Of a stretch of DNA of 64,000 nucleotides, positions 19,284 through 28,652 are shown one piece after another (within the stretch, counting starts at the first letter, position 1; each line of letters starts with the position of its first letter). The stretch covers positions 522,880 through 586,879 of the forward strand of contig OY970382.1 in NCBI GenBank assembly GCA_963719425.1, read 5' to 3'. Under the pieces are notes generated by a model. The model did no database searches, had not been told where the DNA came from, and saw only the letters and a list, made by a program, of their open reading frames with translations. This DNA comes from an uncultured bacterium (GTDB lineage: Bacteria; Patescibacteriota; Minisyncoccia; UBA6257; 2-01-FULL-56-20). A program made the position numbers and the translations under genes.

Positions 19284-20769
19284 GTAGTTGGATTGAATGG
19301 GTTTTATTAAAATTTTCACGCGCGGAGCGAAGCTCCGCGTATGTTGTAGTGGGGATAAACTCGACACGGCGGTTTTTAAGAAAGAGGTTCGAGCCGAAAA
19401 TTTTCTGCAGGGATACCTTCTTCAAACTTAGGTCGTCATTGGTCACCGCTTCGGTGAGTAATGACGCGTCTTTTACCCATTCCCGCATAGGTTCGAGCCA
19501 AGCACAAACGTCCCGTCCCAAACGGGCAATCTGCTCCTCTAGAGTCTTCTTCTCTGACATAAGGACACAACGACGCTCAAGATAGGCGTCGCGCTCAATA
19601 TCTTGGGCGATATATATGTCGGTTAAGCGTTCCAACTGGCGGTCTATGTCCTTAACCTGCTCGCGCAGGGTTTGGATCGCGCGGGAGGCAACGCTTCCTG
19701 CTTTCTGTTCATCCTCTTTCATCCTCTGCTCATAGTATTCGACAAAAATCGGCGGCATGACGTATTGGGACAAGAGCGTGGAAAGATCGGCGGCGAGAGT
19801 TTCTTCGCGGACGTAGGGTTGTAAACATCGAACCGCCGACTTTTTGGTACAGCGATAATAGACGTAGCGGTGGACGTTTCCATTCTTTTGTTTTTTAATC
19901 CGCTCCTCGGCAGTGATCGCCATATGGCACTCGCCGCACGTGAGCAAGCCGCACAACGCTTGCGGGTCCTTCGTCGCAGTCTGCGGGTGGCCGCGCTTCA
20001 CGATAATTTTCTGCACCTTATCCCAAAGCCGCTTCTCAATGATCGGCGTATGTTTGCCTTCAAGCAGTTCTCCCTTGTAGACGAAATGGCCGTAGTAGAA
20101 CGGATTGGTGAGAATGAACTTCACGCGGTCTTCGTGCATCTCGTTGCCGTACAGACTTTTTACGCCGTTCTCGAACAGGAACTTGCCGATGTCTTGAATA
20201 CGGGAATTGCCCTTCGCATACAACTCGAAGGCCGCCCGTATGACGGGGGCCTTCTTCTTGTCCACGACAATCAACCTCGTGCGCGGATTGTTGAGATAGC
20301 CAACAGGAGCTGTACCAGGAAACTCGCCGCGCTTCGCTTTCTGCCGCAATCCCCGCGCCGTATTGGAACTCAGATCGCGGATATACTGGTTCGCCATTCC
20401 GAATTCGACGGACATCAAAAGTACGTTGTCGGCGGGATAGTAGCTTCGATCGTAGGCCTGAATGTGTGCTATCGTCCCACTTTGCAAGAGCCACTGGATT
20501 TGTGCCGCGTCCACTGGATTACGAGCTAAGCGGTCGATTTTCCAACAGATAATACCTTGGGCTTCGCCCGCGTTTATACGGGACATCATCTCATTAAATA
20601 TGGGACGGCCAGGAATTTTAGCCGTTTGTCGTTCCTCGAACTCCGCGACGATATTCAATCCTTCCTTCTTGGCAAGCTTATGCAAGACGGCAATCTGATC
20701 TTCAATCGAATGGACTTGCCTGTCCTTATCGTCGGTTGATTTGCGAGCATAGAGAAAATAGGTGGTCAT
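19150..20769 (-). CDS. Large serine recombinase (resolvase + recombinase + zinc-ribbon/coiled-coil domains)
   Basis: YARKS catalytic Ser, KIDRLARN, APVGYLN, LTNPFYYG, LTCGECH...YYRC; the C-terminal tail reads antisense through the tRNA 3' exon. Confidence 0.93.
   Translation of the reverse strand: MTTYFLYARKSTDDKDRQVHSIEDQIAVLHKLAKKEGLNIVAEFEERQTAKIPGRPIFNEMMSRINAGEAQGIICWKIDRLARNPVDAAQIQWLLQSGTIAHIQAYDRSYYPADNVLLMSVEFGMANQYIRDLSSNTARGLRQKAKRGEFPGTAPVGYLNNPRTRLIVVDKKKAPVIRAAFELYAKGNSRIQDIGKFLFENGVKSLYGNEMHEDRVKFILTNPFYYGHFVYKGELLEGKHTPIIEKRLWDKVQKIIVKRGHPQTATKDPQALCGLLTCGECHMAITAEERIKKQKNGNVHRYVYYRCTKKSAVRCLQPYVREETLAADLSTLLSQYVMPPIFVEYYEQRMKEDEQKAGSVASRAIQTLREQVKDIDRQLERLTDIYIAQDIERDAYLERRCVLMSEKKTLEEQIARLGRDVCAWLEPMREWVKDASLLTEAVTNDDLSLKKVSLQKIFGSNLFLKNRRVEFIPTTTYAELRSARENFNKTHSIQLLAPAPGLEPGTISLHVIPMFPKGVDYIIAVAHENRKVDIRRLGI
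19279..19419. repeat. 141-bp inverted repeat, copy 1 (LSR 3' region)
   Basis: Reverse complement of 22970-23110 with one mismatch by manual comparison. Confidence 0.9.
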
Positions 20770-21037
20770 AGGCTTTGTTCCTTTATAACAAGATAGAATA
20801 ATAAAATCAAGAGCAATACCTATTTTCAGGCTTAATTACTGGATAATTCACCCATTTCTAGGAATAAGATTATATTGGTGAAAAGGAACACGACGATTAA
20901 TAACACCTATAAATACCGTGTTTACTCATCAATCTCAATGCTAACCACTAGCATTTACTGTACGGGGCTTGCAAGTAATCGCTAACTATGCTAGGGTCAT
21001 AAGTGCCGAGAGCCATCGGCCTTAATCAATTCAAACT

Positions 21038-21454
21038 ATGCCAAAACAACACGACATACTAAAGAAACTTTTTACGGATGATTCTGAGGTCAATCCTGAA
21101 GAACTCTTTAAGCTATTATCCCCTTTTGTCAGAATAAATAAAAAGAGTAAGGAGGTGGTTTTCTTAGACGAGGCTCATAAACAATCTGTAAAAAATAAGA
21201 TCGTCCTTTTCTTATTAGCCAAGAAGGTACTCTTTTTATTAGGTGAAGCTGATACCGATCACGTTCAACCTAAGATTATTATTAAAGAATCTGGGATGCC
21301 AAGAGGGACCGTGCTACCGACATTGAAATCTCTTCGCGATAGTAAAACTGGCTCTTTCGTAAGCACTGAAGACGGTTCTTACTATATCTCCAGTTATCAG
21401 ATCGCCAAGATAAAAGAAAAAAACATTTTTAAGAACCATGAAAAAGACAAATAA
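21038..21454 (+). CDS. Hypothetical protein, probable winged-helix domain
   Basis: QPKIIIKESGMPRGTVLPTLKSLRD HTH-like segment; first gene of a 4-gene AT-rich operon. Confidence 0.65.
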   Translation: MPKQHDILKKLFTDDSEVNPEELFKLLSPFVRINKKSKEVVFLDEAHKQSVKNKIVLFLLAKKVLFLLGEADTDHVQPKIIIKESGMPRGTVLPTLKSLRDSKTGSFVSTEDGSYYISSYQIAKIKEKNIFKNHEKDK

Positions 21455-21785
21455 AGAAATCATTGATCAGATAAGAGTTCTACTGAATGAGCTAGAGGGA
21501 TCGAAGCCCAGAGAACTGAACGCCCAGACTCATCATGCTAAGCAAACGATGAAGATCGGAAGGATTCCGACGGGCTGTATAGGTGCTATCCAGACATTAG
21601 TCGATGAGGGATTCTTAGATGAACTCCGAACTGTCCAGCAGGTTGTCGTAAAACTCAGGGAAGAAGGACAACCCTACAGCAGAGCATTAGTCTCTATGAA
21701 CTTATTGAATTTAGTGAAGCCTCCTCGGAAATTACTCCGACGCGTTAAAGATCAAGATCAGTGGCAATACATACTTAGAAAATAA
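21438..21785 (+). CDS. Hypothetical protein, probable winged-helix domain
   Basis: AIQTLVDEGFL...RTVQQVVVKL...LLRR...WQY; overlaps the upstream gene. Confidence 0.6.
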   Translation: MKKTNKEIIDQIRVLLNELEGSKPRELNAQTHHAKQTMKIGRIPTGCIGAIQTLVDEGFLDELRTVQQVVVKLREEGQPYSRALVSMNLLNLVKPPRKLLRRVKDQDQWQYILRK

Positions 21786-21787
21786 AC

Positions 21788-22183
21788 ATGGCCAATCAAC
21801 TTAAAGACATACTAGACCGACTGACTAGATTAGAGGAGGTGGTGTTTGGTAACAAAGAGAAACCCGATAGTAAATTAAAGATACCAAATAAGAAAGGCAG
21901 ACTAGATTTCTCTCTTAACGAGAGAGCCTTTCTAAAAAAATACTTCTTTAAGTTTAATGGTCAACAAACATTCGCTTTAATTTGCGCTGCCTTATCGAAG
22001 GGAAAAACGGACACTCCAATCAATCTCTCGGGTATAAAGAAGACTTGGAAAAATTGCCAAGGAATCATTAAGTATCCATACAGTTCTATCTACTCTACCA
22101 GAGCGAAAGAGAACAATTGGGTTGTTCCAGGAAATAAGGCTACCTATTCGATTCGGCCTTCGTGGATAGAAATATTTAATTAA
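21788..22183 (+). CDS. Hypothetical protein
   Basis: 131 aa, tightly coupled within the operon. Confidence 0.6.
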   Translation: MANQLKDILDRLTRLEEVVFGNKEKPDSKLKIPNKKGRLDFSLNERAFLKKYFFKFNGQQTFALICAALSKGKTDTPINLSGIKKTWKNCQGIIKYPYSSIYSTRAKENNWVVPGNKATYSIRPSWIEIFN

Positions 22184-22187
22184 TCCG

Positions 22188-22964
22188 ATGACAGAGGAAG
22201 AAGCTATCAAAAATGTATTGATCAAGGTCTTCCCTGCCAAGCACATTACCTCCGCGCTCGAACACTTCTCAGAGGCAGAGACAAAGTACCAACAGGAGGA
22301 TTGGGAAAAATCCTTATTGAGAAGTGGCAAGTTTATCGAATCAACATTAAAAGCCTTGTACGTTTATGCTGGTAAAACATTGCCGCCTAGTCGGCAATTT
22401 AAGGTCAGCACGGTCATTCAACAATTAGGACAACTTAGTAATAGCTACGACGACACTATCAGGCTAACCATCCCTCGTAGCTGCTCTTTCATTTACGATA
22501 TAGTTAGCAATCGAGGTGCGCGGCACGATTCAGACGATTTTGATCCAAATAAGATGGACGCTAGTGTTTCGATACCAACAATTTCATGGATATTGTCTGA
22601 AATGATCCGTTTCGCGAGTCAAACATCGCCGAGTAACGATGACGTTACTTCATTCACTGAGAGTCTGATGGAGAAAAAACATCCCCTATTTGAAACGATA
22701 GATGGCAGAATCTATGTTAACCACAAAGGATTGACTCCAAAGGATTTAGCCCTACTACTCTTATACGCGTACTATCCTAAAAGAATATCGCGAAAGGAAC
22801 TAACAGATTCTATAGAGAGGCATGGCAACTTTACCAGAAATGCAATTGCTATCGCGCTAACGAATATCAAAGACTTGGTTGATGATGACGGGACTGGTAA
22901 TTGGAAACTTCGTGAAATCGGCAGAGCTAAAGCCGCGCGGATATTAAATACATTACACTCATAG
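22188..22964 (+). CDS. HEPN/Abi-C-like protein with C-terminal winged-helix-like region
   Basis: GKFIESTLKAL...SNRGARHD (Rx3H) helical domain. Confidence 0.55.
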   Translation: MTEEEAIKNVLIKVFPAKHITSALEHFSEAETKYQQEDWEKSLLRSGKFIESTLKALYVYAGKTLPPSRQFKVSTVIQQLGQLSNSYDDTIRLTIPRSCSFIYDIVSNRGARHDSDDFDPNKMDASVSIPTISWILSEMIRFASQTSPSNDDVTSFTESLMEKKHPLFETIDGRIYVNHKGLTPKDLALLLLYAYYPKRISRKELTDSIERHGNFTRNAIAIALTNIKDLVDDDGTGNWKLREIGRAKAARILNTLHS

Positions 22965-22969
22965 TTTAT

Positions 22970-23110
22970 AAGGTATCCCTCCAGAAAATTTTCGGCTCGA
23001 ACCTCTTTCTTAAAAACCGCCGTGTCGAGTTTATCCCCACTACAACATACGCGGAGCTTCGCTCCGCGCGTGAAAATTTTAATAAAACCCATTCAATCCA
23101 ACTACTGGCT
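22970..23110. repeat. 141-bp inverted repeat, copy 2, followed by an alternative LSR tail (LLASSYESTRTYFARNLS*) ending at 23158
   Basis: Matches 19279-19419 inverted; diverges exactly after TGGCT, which corresponds to the tRNA 3' AGCCA. Confidence 0.9.
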
Positions 23111-23161
23111 AGTTCGTATGAGTCCACTCGTACCTATTTTGCCCGAAATTTGAGCTGATTT

Positions 23162-23336
23162 ACCCCATCATTCACCCCATCATTCGGGTATACTCGGAAT
23201 GATGGGGTAGGAAACCGAAATGCCCCCGTATATGCTCGCTTTTCTGTCGCACCGCCTCACAAACCTCAGACCCTACTTCACTCCGGTTTACCCCTACGTT
23301 CACCCCTACGTTCGGGATATGCCGGAACGTAGGGGT
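23162..23336 (+). repeat. Two U-U-loop-U' modules (12-nt unit twice in direct orientation, once inverted)
   Basis: ACCCCATCATTC x2 + GGGTATACTCG + GAATGATGGGGT (23162-23208); ACCCCTACGTTC x2 + GGGATATGCCG + GAACGTAGGGGT (23290-23336). Confidence 0.9.
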
Positions 23337-23433
23337 ATGAAGTCTCAATCTCCTTACAAACGTTGGGATTTTTGATCCTCGCCGTTCAAAACTGGAAGTC
23401 CTACTTCACTCCGTTTCTGCCCTACCCAAGTGG

Positions 23434-23510
23434 TGTGCTCAGCCCCTCAGCCGCTCGCTGCTGCTCGGGCTTCGGGGCTTCGCGTATGGCGCGCCCAAAT
23501 TCCTCCCCCA
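23434..23510. repeat. 77-bp perfect inverted repeat, copy 1
   Basis: Identical to the reverse complement of 26464-26540. Confidence 0.92.
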
Positions 23511-23571
23511 CAAAATAGCTCACGGCCGCATGGCCGAGAAAATTAATAAAGATGTAAAATGTAGATGAATC

Positions 23572-25956
23572 ATGTCCAAACTAACAAAACAACAAAGACG
23601 TTCGAGAAGGAAGAGGCGGAAAGATAAGAAACGCAGAGAGAAACGCCTAAGCAGCAAAAAGACTAGGCAAAAAGCCGAGCCGTGGGTTCCTGTAAAAATG
23701 AAAATGTTTGAATTCCCCAATCCATTTCCCTCAAATGTCCCACAAGAGAAACGTTTGGAGATAATCAGATCGATAGGGGCAAACGCTAAAAGGGAGTTTG
23801 ATTTGAAATATCCAAAGATCGAAGAGTGGTTTAAAAAGTATGATCCCTTATATCTATTATCTTTTTGTCTTACTTATTTCGCATCAACACCAGAAGGAAT
23901 AGACCCAGAGGCTACTGGAGAAATGGACTTCTTTCCGTTCTATATAGAAATTATGCAAGCATTTGCGTTATATCAGGAGAGGAATTACTCTCCTAACCCC
24001 CTTTTCGGCGATGCTTCTGTTTTGAATAAAGAAATCAAAGAAATTGGAGAGCTTATGAGCGTAAGATTGATAGACATTCCTAAGGATCTAAAGACTGATG
24101 AAGAAATCCTTGCCTATAAATTAAGGACTGAAATGATGATGCAAACAACAGCTGTGAGGAATTGGGCATATTTTCATCAAATGAAAAGAGTCTCCTTGGC
24201 GTTGGCTAGTAAGATTGATAGTGATTTTAAAAAAAGCTTTGGCATCGGATCTTCTGATTTGATGAAGCTATTATTTAAACTTTCTGAAGAAAGAAATGAC
24301 TTATTAAACGACCATCTGGATAGAGTAAGAAGTTTTATAAATAAGCCTGATTATAAAGAAATAATGGAGGCGTACAACCAAGCATTCCCATCTAACAAAC
24401 GAATTGAGGCGAATGAAATGGAAGAACTCTGGAACAAAGCTGGCAAGAATAAGAAACATTTGACCGAGATGCTAATTTGCCACGCTGATTTAAAGTTGGA
24501 GAATATTTACTCTTTCACGGTAGACCATGCACTATCTCTCCTCGATGGAAATATAACCAAAGAAACTCTTAAAAATATCCTAAAAAAACTTTCTTACAAT
24601 TTTGGGGGGCTGAAAGATTTTAATAAAGAGCACATTATTCTTAGCAATCCAGTGCACAGTAAACCATTCATTAAGATTGATGAGGAAAAGTTCTATTCCG
24701 CAATTTGGGTGATATTGCCGCACCTTACATTAGACCTACTAGAAGATTTTGTCTGGGAAGATGAGGATCTTCGAGAAAAATATTCTGATATAAGATCGAA
24801 ATATCTGGAAGATGAAATAGTCAAGCTTTTTAAGAGTAATTTTCCGAATGGTACAGTTAGCAGGGGCAGTCTTTGGAAAAGTGGAATTCTTGGAAGGGAG
24901 TATGAAAACGATCTCACTCTTACTATTGATACATTCGCCATTGTAGTTGAAGCGAAATCTCAGAAATTAAGCGATCCGGCCAAACGGGGCGCACCCAAAA
25001 GATTGTTCGAAACCCTTAAAGAGTTAATAGAAGAACCATCTGAACAGGCTTTGAGATTTATAGATTATTTACAAAAGAATAAAAAGGTTCATGCATTTAA
25101 AAATAAACACGGAGAAACCAATACCATCGACAGCACCAAAATTAAGTATTACGTACCTCTCGGAGTAACTTTCTCTCATTTGGGTATGATTGGAAGTAAC
25201 TTAAAGAAACTGATTGAAGCCAAAGTCACAGACAAGCCTCTCGAAAAACTGGCTCCATCCATAAATTTTACCGACCTTGAAGGGGTCTTTGAGTTACTCC
25301 CGCTAGAAGCGGAGAAGATTCACTACCTAGCGAGAAGAAGAGAATTTGAAGCTCACGTTGAATACGATGGCGATGAGTTAGATCTTCTGGCCCTCTATCT
25401 CGAAAACGGATTCAATATCGGAGTTGCTGAGTACGACAAGAAGCATGTCTTCTTTCTTGGCATTAAATCAAAAGAATTAGATCCATATTTCATTGGAATA
25501 AACGAAGGAAGGAAGATCGCTAAACCAGAATTTGCTATGACTCAGTGGTGGAAAGATCTACTGACTACTATTTCTATGAGGAAATTTGATGGTTGGATAG
25601 AAACTTCCTTTGTTTTACTTAACAGCACCAAAGAAGATCAGGAGAAGTTTGAGGCGGGATTAAAAGAACTAATGGGACGCATTAAATCTGGGAAGGTTGA
25701 GAAGCCTCATAATTGGGTAGCTTTTATAACGGGGCCGGAAAGACGGCGATATGCAATTATTGGATATCCATATACCACTTCAGACAAAGAACTACGCGAT
25801 ACAATAATGTCTGAGGCAATTGACGGATCCGAAAAAGAGCACAAGGACATTCGAGGGATTGTGGTAATAGGAATAGACATGAATCATGCCAACTATCCTT
25901 ATAGTGTCTTCGCGCGAAGATTATCCACAAATCTTTTTGATACACTCACGCTTTAA
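23572..25956 (+). CDS. Large AT-rich protein with NERD / PD-(D/E)XK-like nuclease motif
   Basis: RSKYLE...ENDLTLTIDTFAIVVEAKS; 794 aa with a basic N-terminus. Confidence 0.65.
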   Translation: MSKLTKQQRRSRRKRRKDKKRREKRLSSKKTRQKAEPWVPVKMKMFEFPNPFPSNVPQEKRLEIIRSIGANAKREFDLKYPKIEEWFKKYDPLYLLSFCLTYFASTPEGIDPEATGEMDFFPFYIEIMQAFALYQERNYSPNPLFGDASVLNKEIKEIGELMSVRLIDIPKDLKTDEEILAYKLRTEMMMQTTAVRNWAYFHQMKRVSLALASKIDSDFKKSFGIGSSDLMKLLFKLSEERNDLLNDHLDRVRSFINKPDYKEIMEAYNQAFPSNKRIEANEMEELWNKAGKNKKHLTEMLICHADLKLENIYSFTVDHALSLLDGNITKETLKNILKKLSYNFGGLKDFNKEHIILSNPVHSKPFIKIDEEKFYSAIWVILPHLTLDLLEDFVWEDEDLREKYSDIRSKYLEDEIVKLFKSNFPNGTVSRGSLWKSGILGREYENDLTLTIDTFAIVVEAKSQKLSDPAKRGAPKRLFETLKELIEEPSEQALRFIDYLQKNKKVHAFKNKHGETNTIDSTKIKYYVPLGVTFSHLGMIGSNLKKLIEAKVTDKPLEKLAPSINFTDLEGVFELLPLEAEKIHYLARRREFEAHVEYDGDELDLLALYLENGFNIGVAEYDKKHVFFLGIKSKELDPYFIGINEGRKIAKPEFAMTQWWKDLLTTISMRKFDGWIETSFVLLNSTKEDQEKFEAGLKELMGRIKSGKVEKPHNWVAFITGPERRRYAIIGYPYTTSDKELRDTIMSEAIDGSEKEHKDIRGIVVIGIDMNHANYPYSVFARRLSTNLFDTLTL

Positions 25957-25968
25957 TAACAAGAGGGC

Positions 25969-26346
25969 TTAGTTTTTGAATTTTTCCAAAATCAGCCCAA
26001 CCAGCCAGTAGCAGAATCGGTAGAGCACGAAAGTGAGCACGTCAAAATAGGGATTGAAAATGATTCCCCATCCTGCTATCCAGATGATGATTGCCAGAAT
26101 CCCAAAAAAGAATATGTGGTAGAGCAGACTGCCGAGCATACCCGTTTCTCCTAGCAGGGCTTTTACCGAAGCGAGAACGAGAAGGAAGAAAAGGCCTCCG
26201 ACTATCCACGGCAGATAAGGCACTGAAGCACGCAGAGTTGCGGTGGCGACAGTTTGGAATATGAAGGTGCCCATTTCCGTTGAGGAGGCCAGAATCCTTT
26301 GGCCTAAATCCGGCGGTAGCTTGATAACTGGCAGGGTCGAGGTCAT
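25969..26346 (-). CDS. Hypothetical membrane protein
   Basis: 125 aa with three hydrophobic segments. Confidence 0.6.
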   Translation of the reverse strand: MTSTLPVIKLPPDLGQRILASSTEMGTFIFQTVATATLRASVPYLPWIVGGLFFLLVLASVKALLGETGMLGSLLYHIFFFGILAIIIWIAGWGIIFNPYFDVLTFVLYRFCYWLVGLILEKFKN

Positions 26347-26463
26347 TTCAAGCCAAACATAAGCCAGTAGGACGATAAGGTCAAATCAAGCGTAGTTTCA
26401 TAGAAAACCACCTATTCAGAAAGATGTTGAGCTACCACCCTCGGGCGCGCCAAAAGGAGGGGT

Positions 26464-26540
26464 TGGGGGAGGAATTTGGGCGCGCCATACGCGAAGCCCC
26501 GAAGCCCGAGCAGCAGCGAGCGGCTGAGGGGCTGAGCACA
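26464..26540. repeat. 77-bp perfect inverted repeat, copy 2
   Basis: Identical to the reverse complement of 23434-23510. Confidence 0.92.
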
Positions 26541-26733
26541 GACCCGTTTAGGGGTATTGTCGGGGGTCAGGGTTTTCGAGAAAAGCGAGGTCTTGTAAGG
26601 GCAGAAGGCCGTCAGGGTAGTCAATCGTGATTGACGGGGTGATTGACTAGGTAAACCGGAGTGAAGTAGGACTTTGGATTTTGTCCGGCGAAACTCAAAA
26701 AGCCCAGCGTTTGCGGGGCGATCTGGACTTGCT

Positions 26734-26780
26734 ACCCCTTCATTCCGAGCATACCCGAATGAAGGGGTGAATGAAGGGGT
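26734..26780 (-). repeat. Third U-U-loop-U' module (unit ACCCCTTCATTC)
   Basis: Minus strand ACCCCTTCATTC x2 + GGGTATGCTCG + GAATGAAGGGGT; a degenerate fourth module lies at 26617-26652. Confidence 0.88.
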
Positions 26781-27014
26781 AAAACAATCAGGAATTTGCC
26801 ATAAAATACGCTTGGATCTGCTCATACAAGCGAGCAGTACTGGACTTTGAGAGTACAAATCGAATAAATCGCTAAGTTTCATGCGCTTTCTGTGGTCATG
26901 TCACTATTAGACCACACGGATCATTAAAAAATTCTAAAATCCGAGCCTTGCGAAAACCCGTTTCAGGAACATGTCAGGTAGAATAATTGACGTCTGATCC
27001 GACATAAGCGTACC

Positions 27015-27524
27015 ATGGGCTCCATGAGGATGCCCTGGCCCAAGAAAGTCCTAATAAAAAAGATCGGGGAGATCCTGAAGGACGGCGTTACTTACGTACT
27101 CATCGTCCTTGCATTCCTGCTCTGGCGCTTCGCCTTCGGAAATAAGTTCAAATGGGTAGAGATAAGCCCCCTGGCGCCACCTAGCATCTTTATCCGCTCG
27201 TTCTACAGCGCATTTACGTTCCTAACGCTAGGGGCACTCCTCTACGTGGCGAAATTTTATAAAGTTCTACACGACATCCTTGTGAAGGGCTTTGGACTCT
27301 GGGGCTTGTATAACGCCGTCAAGGCCGTCGTCTGGCTTATTTTGATGTTCATATCTTACGAATATGTCGTCCCGGCCATTTTTGCCGTTTTCAACACGAG
27401 TGCTACGATCCTCTACAACGTCATGGCGATCGTTTTGTATGTCGCCCCTCCGCTTGGCATTGCCATCATCCTGATCGCCGCCTATGGCCTCATTAAATAT
27501 AAATGGTTGAGCGCCAAAAGCTGA
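27015..27524 (+). CDS. Hypothetical membrane protein
   Basis: 169 aa with about four TM segments. Confidence 0.65.
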   Translation: MGSMRMPWPKKVLIKKIGEILKDGVTYVLIVLAFLLWRFAFGNKFKWVEISPLAPPSIFIRSFYSAFTFLTLGALLYVAKFYKVLHDILVKGFGLWGLYNAVKAVVWLILMFISYEYVVPAIFAVFNTSATILYNVMAIVLYVAPPLGIAIILIAAYGLIKYKWLSAKS

Positions 27525-27533
27525 GGAAAATCG

Positions 27534-28652
27534 CTATAGACCAACCGAGTTAGCCCCATACTCTGCTTGTGCTTGCGTGAATTTGTCGTACTCCAACTGT
27601 GCAATGAGACTGCCGCGTGAAAAAGCGGAATACGACATGTACTGTTGCGCCGCTTTAGCCGCTTCGTCATTCCAGTTGGCTCCAGAATTATCTGCGCCAT
27701 AAACTGCTTGAGATTGTGTAAATTGATCGTGCACCAATTGAGCAACCAGCCCATCGTGAGAAAATGCCGTGTAGCTCAAATAAGATTGTGCCGCCTTAAT
27801 CGCCTGTGCGTTCCAGTCGGCGCCAACGTTATCCGCACCGTAAACCGCGTCAGACTGTGAGAATTGATCGTGCACCAATTGAGCAACCAACCCATCATGA
27901 GAAAATGCTGTGTAGTTTAAGTAAGACTGCGCCGCCCTAACCGCGTTCTGTTGGCTAACCGTTTCGTTTGATGCGGCTGATGTATTTTGACTGTTTGTTT
28001 GTTCAACTTGGGTCGGCGGCGGACTAGAAACGGTAATTATTCCGCTGCAAACCTGATTCATCGATTGGCTTCCCGAAACGATCTTCACGCTTGCACCCTT
28101 CGTACCCGTGGTCGAATACGTGAGCGACGTTGATTTTCCAGTACCGGATAGTCCGTCTGTTCCAGACCAAGAATACGAGTAACTACCGGTTCCTCCGGAG
28201 GCCTGAACTACCCATATCCCCGTCTGACCAGTGGTGAGGGTACTTTGTGCAGGAGAACATGTCGCGGAAATCGCCGGTGTCGGTGTCGGCTGTGGAGCAG
28301 TTGTTTGAGTCGTTTGATTTGGTGCAGCCGCATCGGTAACCGTTTTATTAGGCGTTGGCGTTTGCTGCGGAACGTTGGTGACTACAGGAGCCGAGGTGGT
28401 TGCAGTAGTTGACGCCGAAGGAACTGTTGCCGATTCGTTCGCGACTTGCTGGTTGGAATTTTCTACTGGGGAATTGCTTGTGGGGGTAGATGGGCTCGTG
28501 ACACCGATCAAAATAAAGAAAACTATTATTGCGCCGCCGAAAAGGAATCCGGCTTCCCTGCGGGATCGGAGCTTCAAAGACGAGGGCTTGCTAAGGCCCA
28601 CGATAAAACCAGCGATTGAAACGAGTAAGAGAAGGAAGAATAGACTGGTCAT
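27534..28652 (-). CDS. Ltp-family surface protein (three Ltp repeats, PKD-like domain, N-terminal TMs)
   Basis: A-x2-AAQSYL-x3-AFS...L...DQF...A-x-YGAD...DWN-type repeat three times; SGGTGSYSYSWSG. Confidence 0.8.
   Translation of the reverse strand: MTSLFFLLLLVSIAGFIVGLSKPSSLKLRSRREAGFLFGGAIIVFFILIGVTSPSTPTSNSPVENSNQQVANESATVPSASTTATTSAPVVTNVPQQTPTPNKTVTDAAAPNQTTQTTAPQPTPTPAISATCSPAQSTLTTGQTGIWVVQASGGTGSYSYSWSGTDGLSGTGKSTSLTYSTTGTKGASVKIVSGSQSMNQVCSGIITVSSPPPTQVEQTNSQNTSAASNETVSQQNAVRAAQSYLNYTAFSHDGLVAQLVHDQFSQSDAVYGADNVGADWNAQAIKAAQSYLSYTAFSHDGLVAQLVHDQFTQSQAVYGADNSGANWNDEAAKAAQQYMSYSAFSRGSLIAQLEYDKFTQAQAEYGANSVGL

Noticed and set aside
26412-26882. 156-aa minus-strand ORF
   Set aside because: It runs through the inverted-repeat and hairpin modules; more likely non-coding apart from a short LSR-tail remnant in another frame.
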